Assembly: GCA_951406725.2 (NCBI GenBank)
Contig: OX597828.1
Span: 2,976,001-3,040,000 of the forward strand
DNA: 64,000 bases
Origin: Octopus vulgaris
Taxonomy: Eukaryota
Direction: 5' to 3'
Notes under the pieces: generated by a model
What the model saw: only the letters and a program-made list of their open reading frames with translations
Told to the model about the DNA's origin: nothing
Databases searched by the model: none
Position numbers and translations under genes: made by a program
Shown: positions 25,532-37,800 of the stretch, piece by piece
Layout: the number at the start of each line of letters is the position of its first letter
How positions within the stretch are numbered: position 1 is the stretch's first letter

Positions 25532-25990
25532 AATATATGTATTCTCTCTTTTCACTTGTTTCAGTCATTTGACTGGTCATGCTGGAGCACCGCCTTTAGT
25601 TGAACAGATCGACCCTAGAACTTATTCTTTGTAAGGCTAGTACTTATTCTATTGGTCAGCTTTGCCGAATTGCTAAATTACAGGTACATAAACACACAAG
25701 CATCAGTTGTCAAGCGATGTTGGTTGGACAGACAAACACATACACACACACACACACACACACACGTACACACACACACACACACACACACATACATATA
25801 TATACATATGTGTATATATATGTATATATGACAGGCTTCTTCCAGTTTCTGTCTACCAATCCCACTCACAAGGCATTGGTCAGCCTGAGGCTATAGTAAA
25901 AGTCACTTGCCTAAGGTGCCAAACAGTGAGAATGAACCAGGAACCATGTGGTTGGTATACATGCTACTTACCACGCAGTCATTCCTGCAC
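25070..25990 (-). mobile_element. Two tandem copies of the tRNA-derived SINE (about 25070-25445 and 25545-25990)
   Basis: Both are reverse complements of 28961-29305; separated by (TA)n. Confidence 0.8.
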
Positions 25991-25995
25991 CTATG

Positions 25996-26027
<32 letters not shown>

Positions 26028-26076
26028 TTTGTAGTTTCAGCTCAGACTAGTGAAGGTGGCTGAGTATGAATGTCTT

Positions 26077-27640
26077 CTAGAGGACCATCTTTGTTTCCTT
26101 CTCTCTGATTCTGAAGGTTCTCAAGATCCATCCAGCCAGCCATCTGCACTTTATCACCATCTTGGTAATGTGCACTTGGAAAGAGGTATCATGAATCCTC
26201 TCGATACCCAGGTCATGCACTGATTTAGCTTCTGTGATTGTAATCACCCCTAGGCCAGTGTACTCTGTAAGCCTTTTGTTCAGTTTGGGGTGTTGATAGT
26301 ATAGGGCTTGGCATTTTCCATCTTTAGACTGCATATTATTGTCCCCAGCCAATCTGTAAATTGCATCCCACTCCTGTTGTAGGCATGCAACATTGCTAGG
26401 GTTTTGTATTTTCTGCAAGACTTTTCCTATTGTCTGTGTAGCTAGCAAGGATGGCTATATGGGCAGCTGAGGTCATATCTGAGAGGGCCACTATGAAAAG
26501 CAGTGGTCTCAAGACAGTGCCCTGTGGAACACCACTCACTATTTGTGTTTTCTTTGAGGTGGCTCGATTGGCCACCACTGCCTGATGTCTATCTTTCAAA
26601 AAATAATGTAACCACTCTCCAAGTTTTCCAACTATGCCAAGATCGTGCAATTTATGGCATATCATATCATGATCAACTTTATCAAAGGCTTTTCCAAAGT
26701 CAAAGTATATTACATCCACATTTGAGTTGCCGAGTAACTGCTTCAGTACCTATAGTGCTGTAGGAGCTGGGTCAGGCAGCCCCTACCTGGCCAAAAATCA
26801 TGCTGGCTATTACTCAGCAAGTCGTTTTCTTCAAGGAATGTAATTAGCTTCCCTCTGACTATTTGTTCCATGATTTTGTTGATGTGTGAAGTCAGAGAGA
26901 TAAGCCTATAATTTTTGGTATCTGCTCTGTATCCTCCTTTATGGATTGGGCATATTATTCCTTCCTTCAGTTTGCTTGGCAGCTTGCCATTTGCCAGAAA
27001 GCTCTGGAAGAGATTCTGTAGTGGTTTCACCGGGGCACACTTATACAATTTGTGGAGGATTGCTTGGAAACCATCAGGACCAACAGTTGAGTTGCGTCCC
27101 CCTCATCTATGGCTAGTGTTATGTCTTCTTCCCCAATATCTTCCTCACTGGTTATAGATGAGGCAACAAAAAAATCCACTGTTTCGTTCACTTGTCTGTG
27201 TCCCAACAGGGTGGTAAAGACACTTTTGAACTGTTCATATAGTACCTCACTGATCCTGGGTGGGTTGTCTGTGAGGGAGCCATCCTATTGGAAGAAGGGT
27301 GCTATCTTGCAGCGCACTGAGACTGTTTCTTTGGCATAATGAAAGAAGGCTTTTGGATTTGACTTGATATGTTTTGCTCTCTCCTTCACATAGGATTGTT
27401 GCAGTCTTTTTTCAATCTCCATGAGTGTAGTTTTTAGGTGTGATCTTTCACTATTTTTGGGATGCTGGTTGAGGTGATTTGCAACCTTCATCTATTGTCT
27501 CATGAGGAACTTCCTCTCCCTTGGAATCTTGTTCCTTTTGTGTTGGCCTTGTGCTCTGGAGCATATTTCTGGTGGGGCAGTTATACATAAAATCCTTGGC
27601 CCAAGCTACACCTAGTCTGATACACATTACTGTTATCATA
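26077..27640 (-). mobile_element. Fragmented LINE ORF2 (CR1/L2/Jockey-like RT)
   Basis: 'PIHKGG..KNYRLISLTSHINKIMEQIV', 'DVIYFDFGKAFDKVDH', 'SGVPQGTVLRPLLF'; multiple frameshifts. Confidence 0.9.
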
Positions 27641-28165
27641 CTTGTGTATATTTCATATAGCTTCTATAAGCTTGGAAATATTGTAAACTATCATCATCAT
27701 TTAGTGTTCATTTTCCATGCTGATATGGGTTAGATGATTTGACTGGAGCTGGTAAGCCAGAGAGCTGCTGCACCAGGCTTTAGTCCATTTTGGTTTGGTT
27801 TCTCTGGTTGGATTCCCTTCCTAATACCAACCACTCCATAGAATGTGCTGGGTGGCTTTTGCATGTCACCAGCACAGGTGCTTGTCATGTGTCATTGGTA
27901 TGAACCATGACTATGATTTCACTTAGCTTGATGTATCTTCTCAGGTATTATTGTAAATGATAATGATAATATCAACATTGACAGGGGCTTCTAGAAATAA
28001 AACTTCTTGTGTGAGACTACTTAAAATATCTTTTAACTGTATAGTTTTTGGTGTGGTACCAAAGACCGTCATGTACGCAGAATTTGTTTTGCTACCTTAT
28101 TTTGGATGCTATTAGTTAACCCAACAGTCCTATTGCATGAATATATTTTCTTTTTACATTTCAAG

Positions 28166-28323
28166 CCCTGATGGCAAGAAAATACGCAGCAAGCCCCAGC
28201 TCGCTCGACATCTAGGAGATGTCATTGATCTCAGTGCGTTTGACTTCCGAACCGGACGAATCATCCACAGTGCTCTGCGGAAAAGCAAGCGGTCTAAAGG
28301 TTCGTCGTTTGACTTTGCTCGAG
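28166..28323 (+). CDS. MBD2/3: MBD2/3 exon 2 (C-terminal half of the MBD domain)
   Basis: tttcaAG acceptor; (S)PDGKKIRSKPQLARHLGDVIDLSAFDFRTGRIIHSALRKSKRSKGSSFDFAR; G|GT donor; 158 nt. Confidence 0.97.
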
Positions 28324-28960
28324 GTTTGTAATTCTTTACTTCAGATTATAACTTGCTTAATACTTGCTCTGTACTGGGAAATGGTGGACAGACTCTGTTG
28401 TTTCTGTCTTTGCCAGTAGAGGATTTCTATTTCGGGTGCCCCTTCAGCTATGATAAGTATGACTATTTTTCAATTTTACTCTCCTTTTTTGCATAAAAAT
28501 TAATTTTACCATGATTGGTAGGATGTTAGAATAAAATGTGACTGAGTATAAGTTGTATGAAGTGGAGATATATATATATATATATATATATAAATTTTTG
28601 TATCTCATATGCATGCATGTATGTATGTATCACAATAATACTTTACAAGTGGTTTCATGAACAAAATAGAGGATATTTAATATAAATGTATATTTATTAA
28701 TGTATAGTAGTTAGAGATCCATTACTGATCCATGACCTTAATTTTCATGCTGATTACACAATCCTCAGATAGATAATGTGAGGAGAATTTTATTTAAAAA
28801 AAAATTGTTATTCAATAGCGTTAGTATTGATGATGATGTTTCACCAACATATACCCTACATTATTTCATAAAATTAATAACATCACCTTTGCAAATATCA
28901 ATAACATTCACTGTCATGTATCAGTAGTGATCTTTAACAACAATAGATTAATATTATATC

Positions 28961-29305
28961 ACATAGTTCCGGGTTCAGTCCCACTGCGTGGCACCTTGGG
29001 CAAGTGTCTTCTACTATAGCCTCGGGCCGACCAAAGCCTTGTGAGTGGATTTGGTAGATGGAAACTGAAAGAAGCCCGTCGTGTATATGTATATATATGC
29101 GTGTGTGTGTTTGTGTGTCTGTGTTTGTCGCCCTAGCATTGCTTGACAACCAATGCTGGTGTGTTTATGTCCCCGTCACTTAGCAGTTCGGAGACCGATA
29201 GAATAAGTACTGGGCTTATAAAAGAATAAGTCTCGGGGTCGAGTTGCTCGATTAAAGGTGGTGCTCCAGCATGGCCGCAGTCAAATGACTGAAACAAGTA
29301 AAAGA
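28961..29305 (+). mobile_element. tRNA-derived SINE, best-preserved copy (5'-truncated)
   Basis: B-box-like ggttcagtccc, then gtggcaccttgggcaagtgtc..gccttgtgagtggatttgg, a (TG)n core, and a tail gaaacaagtaaaagagtaaaga. Further copies at about 41730-41850, 54930-55090, 61330-61650 and 63700-64000. Confidence 0.8.
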
Positions 29306-29630
29306 GTAAAGAGTATATATATATATTAGTGGTGTGAGTTTATAGACAGTTCTATTCATTGAATTACTGGACAGGCCAGCTAGGAGTTTGGCTCTCCCTC
29401 TCTGCGTTGTGTCCAAGGCACATAAATCTTAATAACTGAGTTAATTATAACTCCAATTAGGCACTCAGGTTTTTACTTCACTATTCTTTGGTTCCAAGTC
29501 AGATCCAATGTATCTTTTCTTTTGTCAGACTGGTGAACTAAGAATGTGAAGACAGATGCTAATAAGTCTGCCAGCTCACCTTACCTAATTGTAATAATGC
29601 CATTTCGCATTGGTTATCCTGTTACTTATA

Positions 29631-29851
29631 CAGTAATCCCTCGACTATCGCGAGTGTTACATTCCAAAACACCCTGCGATAGGTGGAAATCCGCAAAGTA
29701 GAAACAGTACTGTACTGTGTATTTTTTAATTATTTTTATAATTTGTATATATTTATTTTATCATAAATGCAAAACGACACCATGGAGGAATCAACATAAG
29801 CTTAAATAATAAACCGCGATAGGTGAACCGCGATATGGTAAGGGATTACTG
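29631..29851. mobile_element. Tigger/pogo-like (Tc1/mariner superfamily) MITE
   Basis: TA|cagtaatccct ... agggattactg|TA. Confidence 0.85.
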
Positions 29852-29988
29852 TACTGTGTTTAAAGTTTGTTTTAGGACTGTAGCTGCTTTCATAAGAGAA
29901 TTGTTAGTAAAGTATATCAGTGAATGATAGACTTCTTCATGGCATAAAATTTATTCCACAGTCAAAATTTTTGGAAGATATGTCAAAA

Positions 29989-30238
29989 TAAAGATTGTTT
30001 GGCTACATAACATGGCAGTCCTGGTTTAGAACTGTAATTTAGCAACAGGAGACATCATCTCCAGCTGGCTATATGAAATGATCTGTGTCCTTTTATTTTC
30101 GAACAAGGGAATCTAGCACCCCAACCCATGTAAGGATTGTGTCATATAGCCAGCTGGAGATGATGTCTCCTGGGGCTAAATTACGGTAACATTTGTCCTA
30201 AACCAGGACTGCCATGTTATGTTGGCAAACAATCTTTA
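29989..30238. repeat. About 250-bp foldback (palindromic MITE-like) element
   Basis: taaagattgtttg..ataacatggcagtcctggtttag..caggagacatcatctccagctggctatatga, mirrored at 30140-30238. Confidence 0.85.
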
Positions 30239-30894
30239 CTCCAAAGTACTGTTGCTGAACATCTCTTGTTGTGAGATTTACAAATAGTAATTTTTGAATA
30301 TGTCAAAATAGTTTTTAAATTGGCAGTATTACATTGACTGATTTTTGGCCTGTAATCAGTTTGTGAGTGAACTTAGGATTGTATCATATCGTGATTGATC
30401 TTCATGTTATGTCACATCTTGGTTGATTTTTGTGGTTGTCTTACTCCTTGACTGAGTTTTTGTGGGTTGTGTAACACCATCAGTGGTCTTTCGCATTGTA
30501 TCACCTCTTATAAACTTTGAACATGCTTCATTTCCTTAAGTATTGAGTATATAGTTATATGAGTTAGGTATCTGATGTGTCACACATTTAAGTATTAAAT
30601 AGACTACTTCTCTCAACCCAGTTGCTGTTACTTTGTGCCTGTTGTTCATTAGATTTTAGATTTTTATTTCTAGTGATTTTCATTTCTATTGTGTCCTTTG
30701 TGTTTACGGAACACAGATATACATGAGTGTCAGATTTGATCTTGTTATGTCTTAAAGCAGGTATATTGTGGGTTATAACAACATATCTATGTTGGTGGTG
30801 TTGGGTCCCAAACATTAAGCTACTAGTTACAGAAGCAAGTAGAAACTATTATTACCCTTTTGTTTTATCGCTTTCGATCTTATTTCTTTGACAG

Positions 30895-31037
30895 GAATGC
30901 GCCATGACTCCAGTTTAGCATTGCCAATCCGTCAGACAGCTTCAATATTTAAACAACCAGTGACAGTCATTCGAACACGTCCAGAGAGTCGACCTAAGAC
31001 AGATCTCAAACATGGACCTCAAGAGCAACCTAAACAG
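30895..31037 (+). CDS. MBD2/3: MBD2/3 exon 3 (MBDa region)
   Basis: ttgacAG acceptor; (G)MRHDSSLALPIRQTASIFKQPVTVIRTRPESRPKTDLKHGPQEQPKQ; GTGAAT donor. PIRQTASIFKQPVT is diagnostic of MBD2/3. Confidence 0.97.
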
Positions 31038-31354
31038 GTGAATTTTTCAATTTACAGCTAATGTGTAAACCTTTCTGTTCAGTTTTGGCATCAGAATGTA
31101 ACTTTTCCCCTCTACCTGGGTGTTGATGATGAGGTAGGTTGTGGTTATTGCTGTTTAGCCCCAGGTCACTCTTTATCTTCTCTTCTCTGATAAAGGGGCA
31201 CAAGACAGAAACAACGGACCCTTTCTTTGCCTTAATGCCACTATATTTATTTTAAACATCATACAGCTCTTATTAAGCAGACCTATGATGAAACGTGTTC
31301 CAGCTGTGACCATACAATCTATTTCAGGCAATTTATTTAGAACTACATTACCCA

Positions 31355-31592
31355 TTATTCACATTATTTACATTTGATGGATATTTGTCATCTTGTTTGT
31401 TGTTAACACAACATTTCAGCTGATATACCCTCCAGTCTTCATCAGGTGTCTTGGGGGAAATTTCGAACCTGGGTTCTCATTCCTAAGGTATTTTTCAATG
31501 TTGTTATTATTATTATTCAGGTCACTGCCTGGAATCGAACTTGGAATCTTGGGGTTAGTAGCCCGTACTCTTAACCACTATGCCATATGCCC
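31355..31592 (-). mobile_element. tRNA-headed short element carrying a minimal hammerhead ribozyme
   Basis: Minus strand: A box TGGCATAGTGG (31585-31575), B box GTTCGATTCC (31540-31531), a linker, then the hammerhead motif at 31450-31405. Confidence 0.65.
31405..31450 (-). ncRNA. Type I minimal hammerhead ribozyme motif (slightly decayed)
   Basis: GACAC-CUGAUGA-A-GACUG-gaggguauau-CAGCU-GAAA-UGUU-GUGUU. Stem I GACAC/GUGUU; canonical CUGAUGA and GAAA cores; very short stem III. Confidence 0.6.
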
Positions 31593-32194
31593 ATCTCCAG
31601 CACCTTCACATAGCCGCCTGAATGTAATCTGTACATAATTCCTCATCTCTTAAATATACAACTGTATTACATTATCCATGTCCTTTTATGTAAGAGGGTA
31701 ATGTAGGACTTGAAAGTGACCTAGTTGTTATTTCTTGCAAGTCAATGATCACAGTTTTGTATTCCAATTTTTCTTGTTTTACCTTTTGTCGTAACAATTT
31801 GGGTGAGATTGTTTCTAATCTGGGTGTTGGATCATGTTTAACCTGTCTGTTGATCACTCACTCTCACTTAATATAAGGGAGGTACACTGATGCTTGTAAA
31901 GTTAGAATTTACAACTACACTCTCATTTTTCTTGTTTTTCTTTGGGAATATTTGGGTTCTTGTCAAGTTGCTAATGAGTAACAACTGTTAATGAATTAAA
32001 TTATGGTTGTAAATAGCCAATGATATCCAGACTAACTGAAATAGCTGTTGTTGTTTATTGAATTGCATGCAGGGTGTTTAGGCTGAATTTGAATTTGTAC
32101 AAAAGGAAAAGAAAACACAATACCTAATCCAAAGATAAAAGCATTTTTAAAAAAGCAAAAGCTACCAATTTGATTATAGCTGGAAGATAACTGT

Positions 32195-32780
32195 TTACTC
32201 AAAATAGCTGTCTTCAGCTTCCACCATGGCCTCAAGCAGGTTATGGGACCTGGTGCATGCATACCCCACTGTGCCCCCAGGAAGATCTTGAAGCATGTCT
32301 TTGATCTTGGCCATCAGTTTGGCCTTGGTATTGCAGGCAGAACAATTGCTGTCTTTCTCGGTTGTACTCCATACATAGTAATCCATGGGATTACAATCAA
32401 GAGAACTAGGAGAACAGAATTTGGGGCTGGTGAAGTCATAGAAATTCTCTGACAACCACTTTCTTGAGATACAGCAAGTAGCCAAATCCTGCAGCCACAC
32501 ACATGGCCTTCCAGCAGCAACCCTTTCCAACCAGGGTTTGACCACAGTCTCCTGCAACTTCACATAGCCACCTGAATTGAGTAATGTTGAAAGATGTGGG
32601 GTGGCATGATGTCACCTTCACTTGAGACACACCCAAAGACCATCATAATTTGGGGGAACTTGGTTTTCATGATGTCTACATCACATCTCACAGCCATTAT
32701 GGTGTTCGTAGAGCATTGAGCAGCAATCATGATGTTGGCATTTTGTTATTCGCTGCAAGTCATCATTGTACAAGTAAATC
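32195..32780 (-). mobile_element. Degenerate Tc1/mariner-superfamily transposase fragment
   Basis: 'VVKPWL..VWLQDLA..WLSENF..SPSSLDCNPMDYYVW'. Confidence 0.75.
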
Positions 32781-33495
32781 TTTTCGAATGTTCAGATGGT
32801 TTCCATTCCTCCAGAACAGCTAACTTTTTCTCAACTACAACTTTAATTCTTTTGTTACTCTATTCCTGTTAACATATGCTACTTTTGTTTTAATAAATTT
32901 TTAAAATAATGAAGAATTCAGTAAAATAACTTTCTAATTCTTAAGCTGGGGTCTGGAACAAATTAGCATGGAAGATTATAATCTAGACCACTTTAAAAAA
33001 GTAAGTTTATGTCATAGAACCTTGGGCTGCTATCAAAAGGGTTAGTCTTTATGCTCTTCAATGCCATTGCCTGTTCACCAATACATCAAGCTGTTCCTGA
33101 AAAAAGGAGGCATAAAAATAATCAAATTTAGCCCAAACACCCTGTAGGTGAAGCCTAATGTTATCATCATTCTTATCCCTATAATTTTTTTTTTTGTTAG
33201 CCCTGATTAGTTAGGTTTACCATCGAATATCCTGAGATCAATGAAGTATACCTCTGAGTCTTAATCTTGTGACACTCCTCCCAGTGTGTATAATATCATG
33301 TTTGTGCTAAATTTAGTGTTGTAAATGCACACGTCTTGTTGCTTTTGCAGAATGGGTTGGGCTGTGAACCATTAAACTTGAACAGTCTCAAAACGACAGA
33401 GAAGATAAAATTTGATGTGACATATTTCATTTGTAAATCTAAATTTCTTTCATCAGAAGTTACCTCAACTGATATGTAAAACGTTTTCTTTACAG

Positions 33496-33586
33496 CTGTT
33501 TTGGGAAAAACGATTGCGTGGTGTCCAGCCTCGTGATGTTAATGATGATCCATTTGTTGCTTTGGAACTTCCTCTTAACATGCAAG
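33496..33586 (+). CDS. MBD2/3: MBD2/3 exon 4
   Basis: tttacAG acceptor; LFWEKRLRGVQPRDVNDDPFVALELPLNMQ; G|GTAAAT donor. QLFWEKRL motif across the junction. Confidence 0.96.
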
Positions 33587-34814
33587 GTAAATGTTTCTGT
33601 CAGATTGTTTCTTTAATCATTCTTATATCTTGCCCATGTCTTGTTACTTTAACCTTGTAAATCTCTTGCTTTGAACTTCTGAAATTTTAGTGTCAAAAAT
33701 TTTAGAATTCAAAATGGTAAACAAAAATTTGTAGACATTGATTTACCTCTGTTTCCTAATGTCCTCCAATAGCAACCATCATTGCTGATGTTATTGACTT
33801 TCTCGTAAATCTATTACTCTGTCAAAAGTAATATTATTTATCTACATTGTTTGCAATTAATCACGCATTGTATTATAGTTTTAAGATTTCAATAATATGT
33901 TTATTTTTAGAATGACATTGTAGGATTGCTGTGAGAGGCCAAATCTGGCTGATTTGAACATAATGCAGGTAGAATATTTGGGTTAGATTTAGCCAGTTTA
34001 AACACTAAAGGGTTAAATAGTCATTTATACATAGCCGTGTATCTTTTGTTGAGATAGCATGTTTTAGAAAGAGATAAAGATATATCTTTTGCATTTCACT
34101 TCATAAAATGCACCAAATGTTACCCATCATTAATTGAGATATAAAGTAACTTATTTATTTTCAATAATTGAATGTTTTCAGAATTAACTAAGATATCAAA
34201 TGTAAATGTTATTGGACATTACAAGCACCAAATTGAGACAGCAAAGAGACTCACTGATTGGATATTGATATCACTCAATATTTCCACTTTTGTTAGTTTT
34301 GTCTTTTCAAACATTTAAAAACAACCAGCTTATAAAAATGTTTTACTTTTGATGTGTGTGGGCGTGAGGAGTGTAAATACAAAGATATTTTCATTCTTTA
34401 TGTTCACGTGGTACACATGTTCATGTATAACAGTGTGTTTATGTGTATGTGTGTGTGTGTATGCATATACACATATATATATATTTTTATAAAATTTTGT
34501 CTATTGTTGTCGATGATGACCAGGACATAACATGGGAGAAGTGTTTGGCTTTGGCCAATCAGTCCAATGCGTGCTTAGAAGGTTCTGCAGCAGGTCAGGC
34601 ACTGGTGGTCTGCAGGGAATGAAAGCAACGAGTTGGCTTTGGACGTGTGTACCTCATGTTTTCTTTTTGCCCCTGTGGTCATGTTCTGTTTGTAGGAAGT
34701 TTCACCTCTGTTAGTACTGCCGCACCAGCCTGGGTGGTCCTGTGCTTGCATTTTTCAGATGTTGGGGTTGATCTAAAAGCACTTCAGTATGTAATAATAA
34801 CAATAATAATAATA

Positions 34815-37800
34815 ATTCTTTTTATTGGCCACAAGGGCTGACACACATGATTAGAAAACATGAAGGGATGAAAGGTACAAAGGTACAGGATGAAAGGTAC
34901 AAAGGGTTTTGTCCGTTTGTAAAAATCCATGTAAAAAACAGTGTAACAAAGAAAATATTTAACAATGAAAAACTCCCAATAGGGGGAGGTGTTACGAAAG
35001 GTTCCTGGTGGAAAAAACCCATAAAAGCCAACGGGAGCCTGGTTAAAAGGGGGGTAGAGAGCCCCTTTCTCCTTTTATAAAACCTTTTTCAATCACAGGC
35101 GAAACCTGAGAATTGGTCCATTTACACTGGCCATTCTTGCACAATTCACCCACCTTTCAGAAAACTTGCTATCAGACAGCACTCTCCACTCTAACCTCAT
35201 CTTCCTTTTCAACTGAAACTTGAAAAAGTTGATGAGGCCTTGACCAAAGAGGAAAGTGTCTGACTTTAGCCCTTTTAAACGGGTCCACCATACAACCTCT
35301 TTCGCCACAGCCACTAGGCACAGGAAAATGGCCTTGCCCTCCTTGTTAAAGGAGGTCGGCGGGGCAATCTTCACTATGGATTCAGCTGATAGCCGGATCC
35401 GTCCTATATGTGACAGTAGCTGTTCGACATAAACCCATAGTTCAGCAATACTCGGACACTGGACGAGTGCGTGCAGAACGGTTTTGTTGTCCTGGCAACA
35501 CCTCAGGCAGGCCCGGCTGACGGCACTTCCGTGCTGGTAGAGTTTATCCCAAACAGGCAGAGCCCCTCGGTAGCACTGCCAGGCGAGCGACCTCTGGAAA
35601 TCATCCATTGGCCCCGGCCCGAAAGTCCTTCCGAACAGACCGCTCAGTTTGTTATCATCAACGCCTAGAGTTTCCCCGAAAACGTCATCGCATTTTTCCT
35701 CCACTAACCCTCTATAGAATGCTAGAGTGGAACTAAAACCGATCGCATTGCCCGCCTGGCGGAGGTCGGAGAGAGCTTGACAACACTCGAGGTGCCAAGC
35801 GCCCTTTCTCGGTCTACGTTTGATCCAGGTCTGCAGCTCTGTCAAAGAGACGAGCTGCGGAAAGTCGCATCTGACAAAAGACGACCACACCTGTTCATCG
35901 TCTAGGAAACGCTTGAGATGTCGCAGCCTGAGCGCATGTCTGCGTATCAGTAACCACGGCATGCCAAGGCCTCCGTTCAGCAGTCGTTGACAGCAGATGG
36001 ATCGCCTGACCAGTGGCACCTGACCCTTCCACAAAAAGTCGAAGAGCAGGCGTACCAGCTTGGCCAACCAGCGGTTGGGACAAGGGATGATGGTCAAGCG
36101 GTAATAGATGACGGATGTGATGTACGCATTCGCTACCTCCGCTCGACCTTTCAGGGACAGCTTCCTCTCGGCCCATTTCTGGGTGAGACGTGCCACCCTG
36201 CTCATCACTTCTTCCCAGTTTTTATTCATCTGGAGGTCCGGACCGAACCAGACCCTGAGCAGTTTAACGGGTCCGTCTGTCCAGCGCCCTACGACGCTGT
36301 TGGATGGCATGGGCTTGCTTCTCCAGGTGCCCAGTTGCAAGCCCACAGACTTTTCCGCGTTAATCTTTGCCCCTGTCACCGCTTCGTACTTGTTTAGTGT
36401 CTCGCCAATCAGGCCAATGTGCCTGTGGCTCGACACCATCACAGTGACGTCGTCGGCATAGGCAGACATGCTGTTTCCACCTCCTAGATCACGCGGGATA
36501 CCCCTCAAAGCCTCCAACTTATGCAGTAATGGCTCGAGAGTCAATATGTACAAGATGGAGGAGAGAGGGCATCCTTGGCAGACCGAACACGAGATGTCAA
36601 ACGGTTCTGAAAGGTGACTGTTCATCCGTATCACCGAGCAGATGTTGCAGTATAAAGCAGCGATCCACCCACGGAAGACTGGACCGAAGCCAGCTGCCTT
36701 GAGAACAGCTGCCAGGTACCGATGGTCAACCCTATCGAAGGCTTTACTCTGATCTAAATTGATCAAAACCCCACCCGTGCCAGCGTTGTTACCCACCCTC
36801 TCTATGATGTAGCGCATGAGATGGAGGTTGTCGTGTATCGACCTGGTCGGCACGGCGCATGTCTGCGTTTTACCAACCAACTTGTCCACGACAAGCGCCA
36901 ATCTCTTGGCTAGCACCTTGGCCAAAATCTTCAACTCTGCATTGAGCAGAGTGATGGGCTGAAAATTCCCTATAATGTCCCCCTTGTTTGGGTCCTTTTT
37001 TAGCAAAGCCACCACCCCTCGACAGACAAAAGCAGGAATTCTCCTGTTTTGCTGCCAGTTGCAGTAGACGTTTGCCAACAGGCCTGCAAACAAGTCTGGC
37101 ATTGAAGTGTAAAGCTCGTAGGGTAGACCATCCAAACCTGGTGATCTACCTCTCGTGCAACTCTTCATCGCTTCCTCCACTTACCAGGCAGATATCGGTC
37201 CTTCGCAGCACTCTGCCTCGCTGTCCGAGAGTTGCGGCAGGCCGTCCAGGTACACACCAAAGTCTGTACCATTGTCCGTTCCACCGCTTGTCACAAACAG
37301 TTGAGCAAAGTGCCGCTGAAACACCGCACACATCTGCTTCGGTTCAGTAACCTTGCGTTCTAGTCCACCAAAGACCAAATGGTTGCTTTGTTGCCTCGCT
37401 TCGCCTCCGCCATGCGGGCCCATCGAGTGGCTCTAGTCCCCACCCCGCTTAGCGAACGTGCCTTAGCTCTGACAACGCAGCCTTCATGTTTGGTGTCAAA
37501 GTGTTGGTCGAGGGCCAACCTTGCCGCTAACACGTCGGTCGCGATGCCAGTCTCAAGAGCCTCGTCTAGTTTCTTAACTAAATCCCGCTCTCTCTTCCTA
37601 CGTTCAATAGCTAGAGTCTTACTAAACCTAATCGAGTCTACTCTAATTGCTCTCTTGAGGGCAAACCACCAGTTGTTGTTGATGATTGCGCCCGCTTAAC
37701 TAGTAAACTAATCCGGTCTCTGTAAGCTTTGCACGCCGTTAACGACGCGTTCAGCTTCCAGTAGCCGGGTTCATGTCTATGTAGCCTATCTAAGTCGACC

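Noticed and set aside
31520-31592. Functional tRNA gene
   Set aside because: A and B boxes are present, but the acceptor and T stems do not pair; treated as a SINE-type head.
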